Of a stretch of DNA of 64,000 nt, positions 1-14,262 are shown one piece after another. The notes under the pieces were generated by a model. It saw only the letters and a list, made by a program, of their open reading frames with translations. It was not told the DNA's origin and did no database searches. The position numbers and the translations under genes were made by a program. Location: contig OX597826.1 of assembly GCA_951406725.2 (NCBI GenBank), forward strand, positions 35,278,001 to 35,342,000. Reading direction: 5' to 3'. The stretch's first letter is position 1; each line of letters starts with the position of its first letter. Source of the stretch: Octopus vulgaris. Taxonomy: Eukaryota.

Positions 1-94
1 AAAAGACTCTCTCCCTTTCCCGAGCGTCAGACAAATACACTTGCTTGTTGTTCATACACCTGTCTTCATCTTTTGCTTGTCTGTAATTTTCAGC

Positions 95-95
<1 letters not shown>
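1..95 (+). mobile_element. Penelope-like pLTR/retrozyme-type fragment, cut by the window edge
   Basis: Aligns by eye with 43503-43597 (aaaagact...gagcgt...cacctgtcttc.tcttttg), the sequence just 3' of a hammerhead-like motif there; followed by (TA)n. Confidence 0.45.
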
Positions 96-142
<47 letters not shown>

Positions 143-154
143 AATTTAATATTC

Positions 155-270
155 AAGGCGGGCTTCTTTCAGTTTCCCTCTAACAAATCCACTCACAAGC
201 CTTAAGTTGGCCCGAGGTTATAGTAGAAGACTTAATCGACTTAATCCCTTTGTTTTTCTAAGCCCTGTAA
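155..270 (-). mobile_element. Internally deleted fragment of the OR2-like tRNA SINE
   Basis: gggcttctttcagtttcc...caaatccactcacaag...tatagtagaagac matches the full copy at 3505-3915. Confidence 0.65.
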
Positions 271-739
271 CATATATATATATATGGAACGAAAACGCAA
301 TAGAGGGCATTATAACATTCGGACAGATAGACGATACAAAGGCGGACAAGTGAAACAACAATTAGAAGGACAGGCAAAATAAAAGACGTGTCATTCGTGG
401 CTTTCCTTCCTCAGTCAAGTTCCAGAAGTCACGAACATTTCAGGCAGTTACACTTGAGATGGTTCGATCTGGTATACATATATATGTGTGTGTATATATA
501 AATAAGGATAAGATCGTTAATTTAAATATCGATCTTATCAAGTTGCCAGTATGGGCATAAAAACCTTCAAAGGTAATAATTATTATAATTAAGGGTATCT
601 AAGACATACCTCCACGCTGAAAATAGCAGCCAAAACTCGACTCTAAAACTACATTAAGTGTTCATACCCCACCAATACATACATACACATACATACACAT
701 ACACACACATACACACACACGCATATACATATATACATA

Positions 740-942
740 CGAAATTTCTTGACTGAAAATTTCATAGCTTTAAGGGTATCGTGAAGGGCCTGTGGAGGCC
801 CAACCTTTAGAGGTTTTTTTTTTTTTACAGGGCTTAGAAAAACTAAAAGGCCCTCCACAATAAGAGTGTCAATCTGAAAGGGGAATATGTTGAATAAAAT
901 CATAATTGACTGATACCCCTTATTTTCTTTTACCCGCCCTGC
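740..942 (+). mobile_element. Mariner transposase C-terminal remnant
   Basis: Frameshifted translation GLEKLKG..HNKSVNL.GEYVE* resembles the mariner C-terminal motif GI.KL..RW.KCV...G.YVE. Confidence 0.45.
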
Positions 943-1595
943 ATACATGTATATATATGTGTCTGTGTGTATATAAATATATACATATATATATTTAGAT
1001 ATGCACATATATACATGAGTGAATGTGTGTGTGTGTGTGTAAGTCTCAGCTGGATAGTTTTAATAAGTGTCTTATATTAACTGATGTTTATACATAGTAA
1101 TTGAAGCGATAGCCTTTTACCCAACCTAACTGATAACTTCCAGCTTCCTTCGGCGCAACCTGCCACCACAACCACCACCACAGCCACCGCCATCACCACC
1201 ATCACAACAACCACTACCGCATTCATTCTACGCGGGTTTGATCTCCTGGTTTATCCAATTCACTCAATATTTACTGTAGTAACACTGTGAAGTAATGTAT
1301 CTCTTATCAGATAACAGAGTTTTGTGGAAAGGGTTTTACTGATGCAACGAATGACACATAACACACGTTTACTGTTGGACGGGAGTAAATGAAACAGTCG
1401 TGGAATGATAACAATGTATACTAGGATTGACAGAGAGAGCATGAGAGAAGAAAGATGGGGAGATAGACTGAGAGAAAGGGAGAGAGAGACAGGGGGAAGG
1501 AGAGAGAGAGAGAGAGAGCTAAAGAGGAAAGATTAACGGCTGAGAAGAATTCAAGTTTCAGTAAATGCCTACACAGACTCATATCTGTGTTCAAA

Positions 1596-1616
1596 TTATA
1601 TATTTATGTATGTATG

Positions 1617-1647
<31 letters not shown>

Positions 1648-1848
1648 TACGATATGATATGAGTGTGTGTATATAAAGAAAAAAGAAAAGAGGAGGAGAG
1701 AGAGAACTGAAGCGGTCCAGGGCAAGGAAAACCATAGTTCAACTGAGTACTTAATAAGCGAGTTGAGCGGAATCTATATACATGCATACGTATGTATATG
1801 TATGTATATATATATATATATATATACACATGCATACGTATGTATATG

Positions 1849-1902
<54 letters not shown>

Positions 1903-2260
1903 TATATATATATATACATATATATATTTATATATATATGTATATATATGTATATATATATATATATATACACACATATATATATATACACACACATCTA
2001 CAGGCACACATACATCGTACATATGTAGGTGTATATACACATATGTGTATGTGTGTGTGTACAGAGAGAGTGAAATACTATATATGTATTCCATATATAT
2101 TTGCTTACACCCAAACGCATATGTATGTATATTTTTTTACACACACACAGGTGTGTGTATGCGTGTGCTCCTGTGCATTTGTACGTATATGCATCATTAA
2201 CTCTATATGTCTCCGTGGATGTGTGTGTGTGTGTATGTTTTTCGGTGTATGCGTATGTAT
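1596..2260. repeat. Compound (TATG)n/(TA)n/(TG)n microsatellite
   Basis: Directly visible; includes a tandem duplicate of catgcatacgtatgtatatgtatg(ta)n at about 1781 and 1829. Confidence 0.95.
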
Positions 2261-3289
2261 AAACAGGCGTAACTCGGTAATGGTAAACCTATTAAATATT
2301 ATGTACATTTGCTGCTCCTGCTGTGATAACATTTAGACACCAATTACATGCATGTCGATTGCTCTAGCAGGCAAAGTGTAAAGATAAGGAGTTTGGAAAA
2401 GATAAAGTAACTGCTACCATGTTTACCATATATTAGAAGATAAGATAAAGATTTCTACTGAGGAAACTTCCCTAGTAACCGACTGGGAAACTAAGTAATT
2501 TTGCAACTAAATAAATAATTCTTTATATTGTCAACATTAAGATTGTTGGAAGTGACAGAGAAGAAATAGCGGCTTGTCGAAATACGTGACATGTACACTG
2601 GCCATTTCTGTATTCTGATTCGAAAACGTGCCTGATTTCATCTGCTCCTTACAAAGGTTAGAATAAATGTAACAGTTTTTTATACTGAGGTCAGATGAAA
2701 CGATTCGAAATCCTTCTCTGTGTCCTGTTGCCAATCTTGGAAATTATTCCTATTTAATTTCATTTTTTTTCCGTCTGCTCATTTTAGCACAACTTCCTGT
2801 AATTAAATTGAGTTTGTTGTTGTTGTTTAACCCGGTGTTAACCCTCATAGAAAACTCAGACTTTTAGATCAAAGGGCATTCAAGTCATTGTTTTGATTTG
2901 CAGATATGGATGTATGGTTAACTCTTTGCGTTGTAGCAAATGTAACGACATCTGTCAGCCAGTCAAAAAACGCACGATATCACAAGAATCGTACTGCATT
3001 AGCAAATAGGCTTTTGAATTATAACAATTTTTTTTTACAAATAGGATATCAAAAGCTAGTAGGATCACTTCGAAATCCCATGGTTTCCTATACGATTCAA
3101 ATCATGCAGGCCCTTGGATAAACCATAGCCTCGTGGATGATAAATGAATTTTCAGTCAACTTTTATTCGTGGAAACCGTTTGTTATGTATGTATGTATGT
3201 ATGTATGTATGTATGTATGTATGTATGTATGTTTGTGCGTGTGTATGTATGTTTGTGCGTATGTATGTAAGTATGTATATCATTATTCA

Positions 3290-3393
3290 GTTTTATTTCA
3301 GGATTTCTTGCCAATATAGTAAGAGCTGGTTTCTAACCTAGTTCCAAGGCTCCTTCTTTGGAATTTCAACGCTAAAATAAACTGGGTATTTTT
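3290..3393 (-). mobile_element. ~100 bp dispersed repeat, probably a retroelement 3' end, inside (TATG)n
   Basis: Homologous to 49990-50090; on the minus strand it ends aataaaactg...tacatac. Confidence 0.5.
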
Positions 3394-3504
3394 GTATGTA
3401 TGTATGTATGTATGTATGTATGTATATGTGCAGATTTGTATGTATATCTTCTCGTGCGTATACTTGCATATATGTATGTATGCATTCGCGTACGTGTGCA
3501 TGTA

Positions 3505-3915
3505 TACTCTTTACTCTTTACTCTTTTACTTGTTTCAGTCATTTGACTGCGGCTATGCTGGATCACCGCCTTTAATCGAGCAACTCGACCCCGGGACTTA
3601 TTCTTTTGTAAGCCCAGTACTTATTCTATCGGTCTCTTTTGCCGAACTGCTAAGTAACGGGGTCGTAAACACACCAGCATCGGTTGTCAAGCAATGCTAG
3701 GGGGACAAACACAGACACACAAACACACACACGCATATATATATACATATATACGACGGGCTTCTTTCAGTTTCCGCCTACCAAATCCACTCACAAGGCT
3801 TTGATTGGCCCGAGGCTATAGTGGAAGACATTCGCCCAAGGTGCTACGCAGTGGGATTGCACCCGGTACCATGTGGTTGGTAAGCAAGCTACTTACCCAC
3901 AGCCACTCCTGCGCC
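3505..3915 (-). mobile_element. Full-length Octopus tRNA-derived SINE (OR2-like, CORE-type)
   Basis: Minus-strand head ggcgcaggagtggctgtgggtaag, B-box-like gggtgcaatccc, CORE-like accttgggc, internal (TA/TG) tract and (gagtaaa)n tail; near-identical to 47446-47862. Confidence 0.9.
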
Positions 3916-4414
3916 TATGTATGCATGTATGTATGTCTATACGTGTGCATGTATTATGTATGCATATATGTATGCACATACGTGTGTATTTATGTAGCTA
4001 TGAATATATGTGTGCGTGTACTTGTGTATGTATGCGTATATTGATTCACGTCTCTTCGCTCATTTTTGCTTCAGTTATTCAAATTATTAAGGCCAAAACG
4101 TTGTTCTACTTTCTCTGTATGTGTCTAGGCGTGACGATCTGCAGGAAATAAAACAGCCAAGTTGGCCATGATCAATATTGCGCCGGGAACACGTGTCCAC
4201 ATCTGTCTTTTTCTCTACAGACAAACAAACTTTCTTATTCAAATTGGCAAACTTATTGGAGAATCAATGATTCTTAAGACTGTCAAACCTCATTTACAGA
4301 AGATCTCAATTGCCCCTAAGTACAGTATTCTCTGGAAATAAAGATCAGTTCCACAAATTAGAATTTTTTTATATGTTACGATTAATTTTTACCTTATTCG
4401 TTTTCCATTCGTTG

Positions 4415-4422
4415 TGTGTATG

Positions 4423-4458
<36 letters not shown>

Positions 4459-4512
4459 ACACACAACGAATGGAAAACGAATAAGGTAAAAATTAATCGT
4501 AACATATATATA

Positions 4513-4576
<64 letters not shown>

Positions 4577-4800
4577 GCCATATATATATATATATATATA
4601 TAAATGCCATATATATATGTATATATATATATATAAATGCCATATATATATATATATATATATACTTATATTTATATATATACATATATACCAAGTTATG
4701 CATAAATATATATGTATACGTGCGCGTGTGCAGGTGTTGTGAATGTACGTGTGTGTGTGTGAATGTGCGCGTGTGTGCACGCTTGTACGTGTATGTATGG
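4415..4800. repeat. (TA)n microsatellite interrupted by repeated aaatgcc units
   Basis: Directly visible. Confidence 0.9.
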
Positions 4801-5879
4801 AAAATCTATGAGCGAAGTTTTGAATATTCATTTAACATTTGATATTTTACAAGATCGATACAATAAGTTCCAGGTTAACTATTTCGATTAATCATTTGAT
4901 AATAGTGCTCCAGCACGGTCGTACTTCAGTGACTGAATCCAATGGTAGAAAAATAAGGAATTCTGTTTTGCCTTGTTCTAAACGACTGGGCTCCATACGT
5001 TGTCCCTATGCTGCCTTCGAAAAAACTGTGCGACGTAGTTTGAAGTACATTTTGCCTGGTATTTTTAGCAGATATAATGACCACATTGAGATTCAGTCAT
5101 TGGTTCGTATTTTCGTTGTTGTAAATATTTTGACGACACTGTTGTTATCATCATCGACTCTATCATCACTTAGTGTTTCACTGACGTACTGATATTCTTC
5201 AAGGATAAAATGAAAGTGGCACAACAATGAAAAGCTTGCCGAATGTGTCTGTGTATACTTGTAAGACCTGGTTACTCACGATTCCTTATTGATTATAGAT
5301 ATTGTAGCAGATCTTTTCTACTATCTGATTATTGCTTCCGTCATTATAAATTCGATTACTAATGTGAAAGCTGTAAACTTTACAACTCTGACTGTTATAT
5401 ACGACCTTTCAGATATGGCTATTCCCTGCCATGCCTAGTATGCTCTAATAAGAAGGATTAATTGCAGTAAGCTTCAATACATCAAATAACATAATGGTGT
5501 ACTGGGTTGGTAAAAGTTAATTTGCCGTCTAGAGAATGTTCCCTAAAATTAGACGAGAAATGTTTGAAGTAATGGATAATGCAGCGCCGTGGGGAAATTA
5601 AATACACAGTAAACATAGCTTAGTCAAAGACAAAAATTATCAGTACACTGATGTCGATTGAACTTGCGTACTATAAACACACTCCAGCAAAACTCCTTCC
5701 TGAAGACGTCACTAGAAAGACTAGAGAAGTTGATCATGAATCTAGGACTTATACTGTTCCAAATGCTAAATGTGCCGGACTTATACGAATATAAAACCTA
5801 AATCTTTGATAAAATATAACTATAATATTGACGTGTTGTCAAAGCACTTCAAACTCAATGTCTCACACACACACATACA

Positions 5880-5918
<39 letters not shown>

Positions 5919-5942
5919 ACATATATATATATTTATATATAT

Positions 5943-5973
<31 letters not shown>

Positions 5974-5974
5974 C

Positions 5975-6046
5975 AGAGAGTAGACGTGGCATGTATGTAT
6001 ATATATATATATATATATATATACATACATGCCACGTCTACTCTCT
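5975..6046. repeat. Perfect 72-bp palindrome centred on (AT)n
   Basis: agagagtagacgtggcatgtatgtat-(at)10-atacatacatgccacgtctactctct is its own reverse complement. Confidence 0.95.
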
Positions 6047-7009
6047 TCTCAGTTTTCCTCACAAGATTTTGTGTCACTCCAAGGTCGTGGTTAAATATCG
6101 TATATCGAGCTTCCACGCAGTGGGATCGGACTTTGAACATCATGATTGCAAATCCAGCTTCTTTGTCATACGACCATGCCTATGTGAATAAACAAAATCG
6201 TGTGTATTTGAGACTTTCTGTATCCTGTACGTAAAAATATGTATGAAATAATATATTAAGCGTTTCCCTGGTTGAATCTGTCTCTCCGTGTAAAATAATA
6301 GCTCTCGTTTTATCATGGCAGGCCAGTAGATTAATAGGTTCTTCCCAGATTTAATGTCAGCTATTTGAACTCAATCTAGCAAACTACAGTCTGTTAACCC
6401 CATTTTATTTTCTGACAATATTAATGCACGAATTTGTATGCATGTGTGTATATATTCCTATATGCGTGTGCCAGTATGCTTCTAATAGTAGTATATCTTG
6501 ACAGAAAGACAAGCATAACAAAGCATGCTCATTTTTTACCTTTCTTTATTCAACATGTTTTGTATTTTGTCTGTGTGTGTGTGTGGTCAGTAATAGTTAG
6601 AAAGAAAATCGAATATTTTTGATTGAGTGTTGAGCCATTATTCGACGATGGGGCTCAATTTTTCTTTATCGCCAAACATACACCAAAATACGAAAACGGG
6701 ATTAAAAAACTAGCGATATAGTTTTTGTTTTTAATGGTTAAATCTGAGGGAAGGGCTCTTCGAGACAAGTGAAATCGATGTTGTGGTTATTTATCTCGCA
6801 CAAGTTTTGATGCAATTTGACGACTGTGGAAGAAATAGAGGCAAAGTGTACGTTCCTATGGGGTAACCTCACGGGTAAAAAGGTTTAGGATATTGAGCTT
6901 GGCGTAGACCTAATTGCACAGACCTATTCAGTGACAAAACATTTGAAGAGATGTGTGATGACTCGAGGTGATGGCGCATCCAGTCTAACTGCTTTCTAGT
7001 CGCAGCTTG

Positions 7010-7195
7010 CATAGTGGTTTCAAATTTTGGCACGAGGCCAGCATTTTCTGGGGAGATTATAAGTTGATTATATCTGGCACTTATTTTATCAACCCTGAAA
7101 GGATAAAAGGCAAAGTCGATCTCGGCGAAATTTCAACTCAGAATGTAAAGATGGACGAAATGCCGCTAAGCATTTTGCCCGGCGTGCTAACGAAA
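7010..7195 (-). mobile_element. tRNA-derived SINE with Deu/Nin-like central domain
   Basis: Reverse complement of ttagcacgccgggc...tgagtt.aaatt.cgccgag.tcgactttgccttt.atcctttc.ggg.tgataaa. Confidence 0.8.
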
Positions 7196-7789
7196 TAGCT
7201 TAAATAGCAGAAGTCCAGTGGTTTTGACGCAGGCTTTGTTCTATTGTTTATGGTGGAATCACCAAGAAGAATCGTCAGTGATTGAACGACTTAGCATTTG
7301 TTGTAATTTGGTGATTTTATTTGTGCGTTTTTGTTTGTGAAAGTGGTTGCTAGATTAATTATACATGATGGAGATAAAATGTATATGAATCTTTTGAGGA
7401 AGTTAGTTTAATGTTTCTGTTTGTGAACTCAGTTAAATTTTAAGGTAAGAAGTAAGTTTATGGTTTGTGTATCGAAGTTAAAGTGGGTGAGAAAGGTGGT
7501 GATAATTGTCTATGAAAAGGCACTGTTGGAGGCAACGGCAAATAGTTCTATAATACAAAGCACGAAACATGTGGAGGAAATTTTAACACAGTTTTTGAAA
7601 CACCAGAACTGTGAGAATGTTTGATCATGGAATGGCTCACAACACATGACCAACATTTTCTAATCCGACAGACGTGGATATATATATTCCTTATATGTAA
7701 GCAAGTTGTCTGGGATTTTACGTGTCAGGATTGATCGGTAAAATAAAACCCATCGAAACTGTTACAAATGCAAAGCCTTTAGAGACGAT

Positions 7790-8030
7790 GTCGTGTAGCT
7801 CAGTAGTTAGGTTGTTCCACTCATGATCGCAAGATGGCGGTTTTGAACAGGGCAGTGTGATGAGTTCTTCACAAAAATATTTCATTTCACGCTGCACCAG
7901 TTCATTCAGCTGTGAATAGGTAAGCCAGCAACAAGCTGGAGCCCTGCTCAGTGAGGACACTATGACGATGTAGGTCACTTATACACCATGGAAATCGAGT
8001 AAGATGTCCTCTGAGATCTATTAACTGAGC
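7790..8030 (+). mobile_element. Old tRNA-derived SINE
   Basis: A-box tagctcagtagtta and a degenerate B-box ggttttgaac, followed by tttcacgctgcaccagttcattcagctg, a typical SINE body segment. Confidence 0.5.
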
Positions 8031-9164
8031 ACAGTACAGACTAGCTGACAAGGTGTATCTTTAAACATAGTCAAAACTATTTGGAAAAAGTTTATCGAAG
8101 TTAGAATACAATTCACTTACTGACCTGCGCACACATTCGTATAAAAAAAGTCTATTCTTGTTCATTATTCTGAGTAGTGAACTCACCCCAGTTTCAATGT
8201 TTTATGTATTGTTTGTTTCAATGAATCGTATGTAATTGCCTTCAATGGCTAATAAAAAGGGTTATTATTTTGTTTTACTTTTTCATAATGTCGACTGAAC
8301 ATTTCAACAGTATTTTATGCATTAAAAGTTATTTTATTTTGTTCAGACCAATACGATATAAAGCAAGTGTCAGTGATAAATTTATTGCAAACTTTCCAAT
8401 ATAATTTGTTAATTCATTAACAGATATATTGTTTAATGAATTATCTTATCTAGGCTTTATATTAGCTACCTACTAGAAAACATCAAAGGTGTCCGTTTCA
8501 TTTCAAATTTGTACATAAAACCACCGAGACCAAATAGTAATTTAAGAAAAAAAAAACACAGAATATTTCTTTTCATCTATAGTATAGTTATCTCACTGGA
8601 ATAACTAAATCGTTACATAAATAATTCATAAGACACTCCAAATTGTCCATTGTAAGTATTTTATATATACTTTTTTGTACTTGTTATTTTTTAAGTGCTT
8701 TTGTTTTCTGAAGGGCGGCTTGTATTGTTAGGAGTTATCTATCATAATCAGCAGCAGCAGCATTATCATCATCGCCATTATCGTTGTATCATCATTATCA
8801 CAACCATTGTTATCATTACTATTATCAAAAGTTTTATAATAATAATCATTATTCTGCGTTTTTTTAATGTTTATGTAAATAAGTATAGGTATCGAAATTT
8901 GGGGAAAATGAAAACTTCAAAGATATCATAATTGCCTCAGGATTTTCGCGGTTCAAATCTTTGTATTGCGATTATGTTTTTGTTTCTTTGTATTTATTGC
9001 TATAAATTTTCCATGCATTCCGTATTGTACTCTTTATAGCATTTATTCTTCAGTAATCAAATAGTTAAGGGCTCTTATATTAAATTGAAGTAATTTTCCT
9101 AATTTGTTCAAATTCCTTATCGGTTATACTTTGAACTAAAGCATAGAAATAAATACGTCTTAAA

Positions 9165-9385
9165 TATTGGTATCAAAGTTTGGCACAATGCCGGCAATTT
9201 TGAGGAAGAGGTTAAATCGATTGCCTGCCACGACCCTAGTGATCAGCAGGTACATATTTAATCAACCCCGAAAAGGGTGAAAGGCGAAGTTGACCTCGTA
9301 GGAATCTCAACTCAGGAAGTAAGGACCGATAAAATACCGATAAGTTTTTTGCCCGACGTGCTACCGATTCTGCCAGCTCGCTGCT
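9165..9385 (-). mobile_element. Deu/Nin-like SINE copy
   Basis: Same family motifs as 7010-7195 (ccccgaaa.gggtgaaaggcgaagttgacctcg...ctgccagctcgc). Confidence 0.75.
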
Positions 9386-9598
9386 ATAATCTATTATATT
9401 ATAAAATATACACATTCATAGCAACATTACACAGAAATTTCTTTGGTCTGCTCATCCCCTGTTTAATCTTAGCATTCATTTCGACAATATATAGTGATAC
9501 ACTTTAGGTTCAAATTCTTATAATTGAAGGTATCGACTTTAGTAGAGAGACCAGATTGACAAGTGAATAATTGAATGCTTGTTTTTATGTCCTTTCAG

Positions 9599-9747
9599 AC
9601 TGAGTATGCGGTAAACACATGTATCCGTAACGTAAGAGGATGGGGTATTTGGTAAACAGGTGTTTACACGTGGCTGCAGAGTTCGGCAAAGATGTGTGAC
9701 ATTAACGTACATCTTAGCTTGACACTGTGTGATAATAAACAAGACCA
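9599..9747 (+). other. Candidate non-coding (UTR or lncRNA) exon
   Basis: Polypyrimidine acceptor gtttttatgtcctttcag and consensus donor gtaagt bracket 149 bp of non-repetitive sequence; all three frames contain stops. Confidence 0.2.
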
Positions 9748-10129
9748 GTAAGTGCCTTCATCTGTACAGGAGTTGTATTTGTAACAGTCACGAAGGGTTT
9801 CATATTAGTGTTCTAGCCGAACATATAAATCTCCCAGAAAAGGGAAGTTCACCTTGGTGAAATTTGAACTCAGATCGCCTCCGGTTAGATTGAATACAGC
9901 TATGAGTTTTATCAGTCACTGTAGCGATTCTACCAAACCGTTGCAATTTCTACGGCAGCAATAGAAATAGGAACAAGGGATATCAATATCACACAGAGAG
10001 GAAAACTGCAACAGAACAGAACAAATAAATAAATAAACAAACGAGGACAATAATAACAAGAAAAAGAGCGAAGCAAATGTAATGAATACACGCAGAAACC
10101 TCTTCTGCGAGTGCATATATCCGTGTACA

Positions 10130-10162
<33 letters not shown>

Positions 10163-10165
10163 TGG

Positions 10166-10229
<64 letters not shown>

Positions 10230-10581
10230 ATCTATCGTACACAAAAGTACTTGACGATATTGATGCTAAGCTGTACATATACAAATTGAGAGATAAATAT
10301 TTGAATGTAACTAAATGTTTAGTTAGTGAAAAGATATGAATAATACAACTTTCGCTATTCACGTATCTCACAGATATTGTTAAGTATGATGAATTATACG
10401 AGAGAAATTACTTGGTTGTTAAGGAGAAGCTGTTTATTATACACAATGTAAGTTTTATGTTGAATACATCGGAATGTGTAGAACGATGGAAAATCGGGAC
10501 TGAATGATACAACCATAGTGCGTAACAATAAAGTCGATATCACGCTAAAATAGTTGTAAACATATATGTATGTATGCGCAG

Positions 10582-10674
<93 letters not shown>

Positions 10675-11000
10675 CATATATATATATACATATATATATT
10701 CTACTGTTAGTGACCACTTCAAAAATTATTATTGTTGCACTGTTTGGCTTTTAATTCAAAATCTTACGTGGAATGAAACTAAATAGGACATAATAGATAT
10801 CATAGTTTATAATACTGTAAGATATATCCACGATATGTGTGTGTGTATGGAAGGTAATATATGTATATATATATATATATATATTGTATACATACATATA
10901 TGTATGTATGTTTATTACGATGTTGATATTGTATATGGTATGTATGATCATATATAACACATATTTGTATGTACAAAGATTGCTGTATATAAACGTACAC

Positions 11001-11059
<59 letters not shown>

Positions 11060-11649
11060 CGCGCGCGCGCTTCTAAGTGTATTCACGATTGATATACCAT
11101 TATATGTTTTCTGGAAGTTTGGAACTGAAAACATCACTTTCGCGAAATTCCTCAATTCATATGGAAGTTGGAAAATAAAGCATAAATAAATATGAAGATA
11201 ATACGAAGATCTTGTAACGACATTGACGACATTGTTATGGTTTTTACTAAGTTATCGATGAATGGGATGTTCAATGAATGAAAATAGGTCATCGGCTGAA
11301 GTAAATCCTGATAAATTGTAGACAATTAAAATTTTAGATCGTGCATAATTATAATTTTTCATATTGATATTATTTTCTTTGATATATATATATATAAGAC
11401 AAAGTAGAAAATGCTTAAATAATTTTATCATGAAGAACATTTTAGTATCTGTTACTGTCTTTACGACTTTTTCAAGCATGAAAAACAATTAAATTGTGGA
11501 AAAACTAAATGCAATGTTTTTGGGATTTTTAAAAAATATTTCCAGAGTTTTCAAGTACAAGGGACATTTTACTTTCATCTCTCTCTCCCTCTCTCCCTCT
11601 CTCTCTCTCTCTCTTTCTACTCTTGTGAAGGCTTGGTAGTATGAATATC

Positions 11650-11810
11650 TTGTTGTTACTTTCAGTCATTAGACTACTGCCATGCTGGAGCACCGCCTTC
11701 AATAATATTTTATAGCCAAATAAATCGAACCCCAATACTTATTCTATATGTCATTTTTCCGAACTGGTAAGCAACGCGTACTTAAACACACCAACACCGG
11801 TTGTCAGACA
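11650..11810 (-). mobile_element. 3' part of OR2-like SINE
   Basis: ttcagtcatt...gccatgctggagcaccgcctt...ccaacaccggttgtca. Confidence 0.75.
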
Positions 11811-12365
11811 CGCGCTTATATACATACATAACCTTACCAATAATCCCACTAATCTCCATACATCCTATACACCATTCATATTCCAGTATTTATATCTACC
11901 TTAATTGCATCACTGCCAGAACTGCTTACCTCCCTTGCATGTAATCTTTTCACTCAAGTACTATCAGACCCAACGCCATTTGGAAATAGGTGTTCATTCA
12001 AAGTCAGTGATCAGTTTCTGACGATACCGGTATGACTTTGAATCTTTATAATGATTCATCACCTCAAATCATGTAATTGTATGTATATATCTTTGCTTTT
12101 GTTACAAAAAGCCTTTCTTTTGTATATCTAATGTGCATTTCCTTTTTAATTGTCCTCTGTTTATACCACATGTAGTATATTTTCTTTGAAACCTATTTCT
12201 ATTATATATGTATTGCTATGCTATTTCGAAATAATCCTTATTATTATTATCATTATTATTATTAATATTATTATTATTATTATTATTATTATTATCATTG
12301 TCATTTACTTTTAATCTGCATGTTTGATGCAATCACCTGCCGGGGCACACCCAGCGCCCTAGGGC

Positions 12366-12440
<75 letters not shown>

Positions 12441-12444
<4 letters not shown>

Positions 12445-12802
12445 TCCGCTTTAGCGAAGGTGGGGATATTGTTATCCGTCGTGTTTGCTTGTTTGTCCGT
12501 GGACCAGATACCTCAAGAACCGCTGGATGGATTCGGATGAAACTTTCAGGGATGGTTGGCCTCATGACTGACACAAACTTATTAGATTTTGCGATCGATC
12601 CGGTACTGGACAAAGATTCTGGATTCTTTTTTTCTTGTTAATAAACTTACTGTTTGAGAGCGGTCGAGTTCATTTTAGTATTCTCGTTTGTGAGAGCAGT
12701 CGAGTTTATTTCAGATATTCTCATTTTAAAAATCATCTCTGGCTAATCGTTGAGAGGACGTTGGTGTTGCCTTGTCAGAGTTTGCGCTCTCTGAGTGCTC
12801 TT
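12441..12802 (+). mobile_element. Non-autonomous Helentron (HINE/DINE-1-like)
   Basis: 5' tacctccgc subterminal IR, gttt microsatellite, 3' hairpin gcgctc-tct-gagtgc; inserted in (ATT)n; second copy at 46370-46748. Confidence 0.7.
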
Positions 12803-12818
12803 ATTATTTTTATTACAG

Positions 12819-12892
<74 letters not shown>

Positions 12893-12894
12893 GT

Positions 12895-13035
12895 GTGTGT
12901 GACGGTCTTTCAGTTTCCGTCAAACAAATCCACTCGCAAGGCTTTGATCGGTCCGATACCGTAGTATAAGATACTTGCCTAAGGTGTCACCCAGTGGGAA
13001 GCAATCTTCTTACCTCACAGCCATTCCTACGTCTA
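12895..13035 (-). mobile_element. 5' part of OR2-like SINE, internally deleted
   Basis: ctttcagtttccgtc...caaatccactcgcaaggctttg...cacagccattcctacg. Confidence 0.7.
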
Positions 13036-13439
13036 TTTATTTTTCTTTTTACGACTAATGCATACTCTCAGTGGTAATTAATAATTATGAAAATCATGTT
13101 GTATGCTTGAAGCCCTGTGGATTCGGAAGACCAGAGCTTAGCCAGATTTCTGTATTGTATTGTGGTTTCATTTGGATTTTTGCTCAAAGCTTGACAGTTT
13201 TTCAAAACCTGGTTTTCCCTAATAATCGGATTGTGGACTACTGGAATTATTATTAATTTTTTTGGTCACATCTAAAGATAAATATTTATTCAACTACTCC
13301 TCGTTCTACAGAGGGTATTTGGGCTTGTGTAACTAATTTGATTCAGGGTGTAACTTTAAATGTGCCAGCAAAAACGCGCTCGAGTTACTTGTCAGTTGAT
13401 GGTAGCGGAGGCGTGGTCATGTGTGGAGGAGTTTGATGT

Positions 13440-13850
13440 TACTGATACGAACGACGGCGGCGAAGATGATGTCGTCGACAGTGATGTTGATGATAATGAT
13501 GAGGATGATGAGGAGGAGGAGGGAAAAGGATGATGGTAGTGGGGTTGGGAGTCGTTAGGGTGCTAGCATTGGGGGTGGTAGTAATAGGGGTGTTGGTGGT
13601 TGTGGTGATAGTTGTGGGGTGGTATTCGTGCTTGGATGATGATGATGATGATGACGGATATCGTAGTGGAGCTGCTGGCGGTGGTGGTAAGGATTGTGAG
13701 TGTGACGATGATAACGACGATAAGGAAGAGGATGAGGATGGTGATGATAATGATGATGATGATGACGGTGTTAGCAGTGTTTATGGTATGGCTGACGACA
13801 GCGACGAAGGCGATGATGATGATGATGGGGTGGAGGAGGAGGAGAATATC
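13440..13850. repeat. Degenerate (GAT)n/(GGT)n low-complexity tract
   Basis: Directly visible; source of the spurious poly-D/poly-M ORFs. Confidence 0.85.
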
Positions 13851-14262
13851 AGCCGTGTCTCTATAGCCTGTTTCTAGTTACAAGCAAAACCCGTCTCTAG
13901 TCGAAGAGAAGACGACACAGTCCAACGTATATCCTGATCCGTTAATAATCTTACGGAATATTAAACGATTAAAAGACGTTCTATTTTTCGTTATATTTAC
14001 CGCAAAGTCGCTATTCATGTTTGAGAGACTTAGGATGTATAATTGTCGTGTCTGTTCTTTGTTTTCCTGAATGCTTCAATGGAAATATTGTCGTCATTTG
14101 AAATTCAAAGAACGCAATTCAACAGGTTCATCACCAACATCCATAATCTTTACTAGTTGTTGTTGTTGTTGTTTAGCTTGATGTTGTCAACTCGGACCCG
14201 TGACCATCACATCGATTTGGGTCAATATTAGAAAAAGATTAATTCATTATCTACATTAACAT

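Noticed and set aside
2453-2505. CTGAGGA...GAAA...TA hammerhead-like string (similar at 5700, 22172-22213 and 48950)
   Set aside because: Stem I or the UH site cannot be formed convincingly
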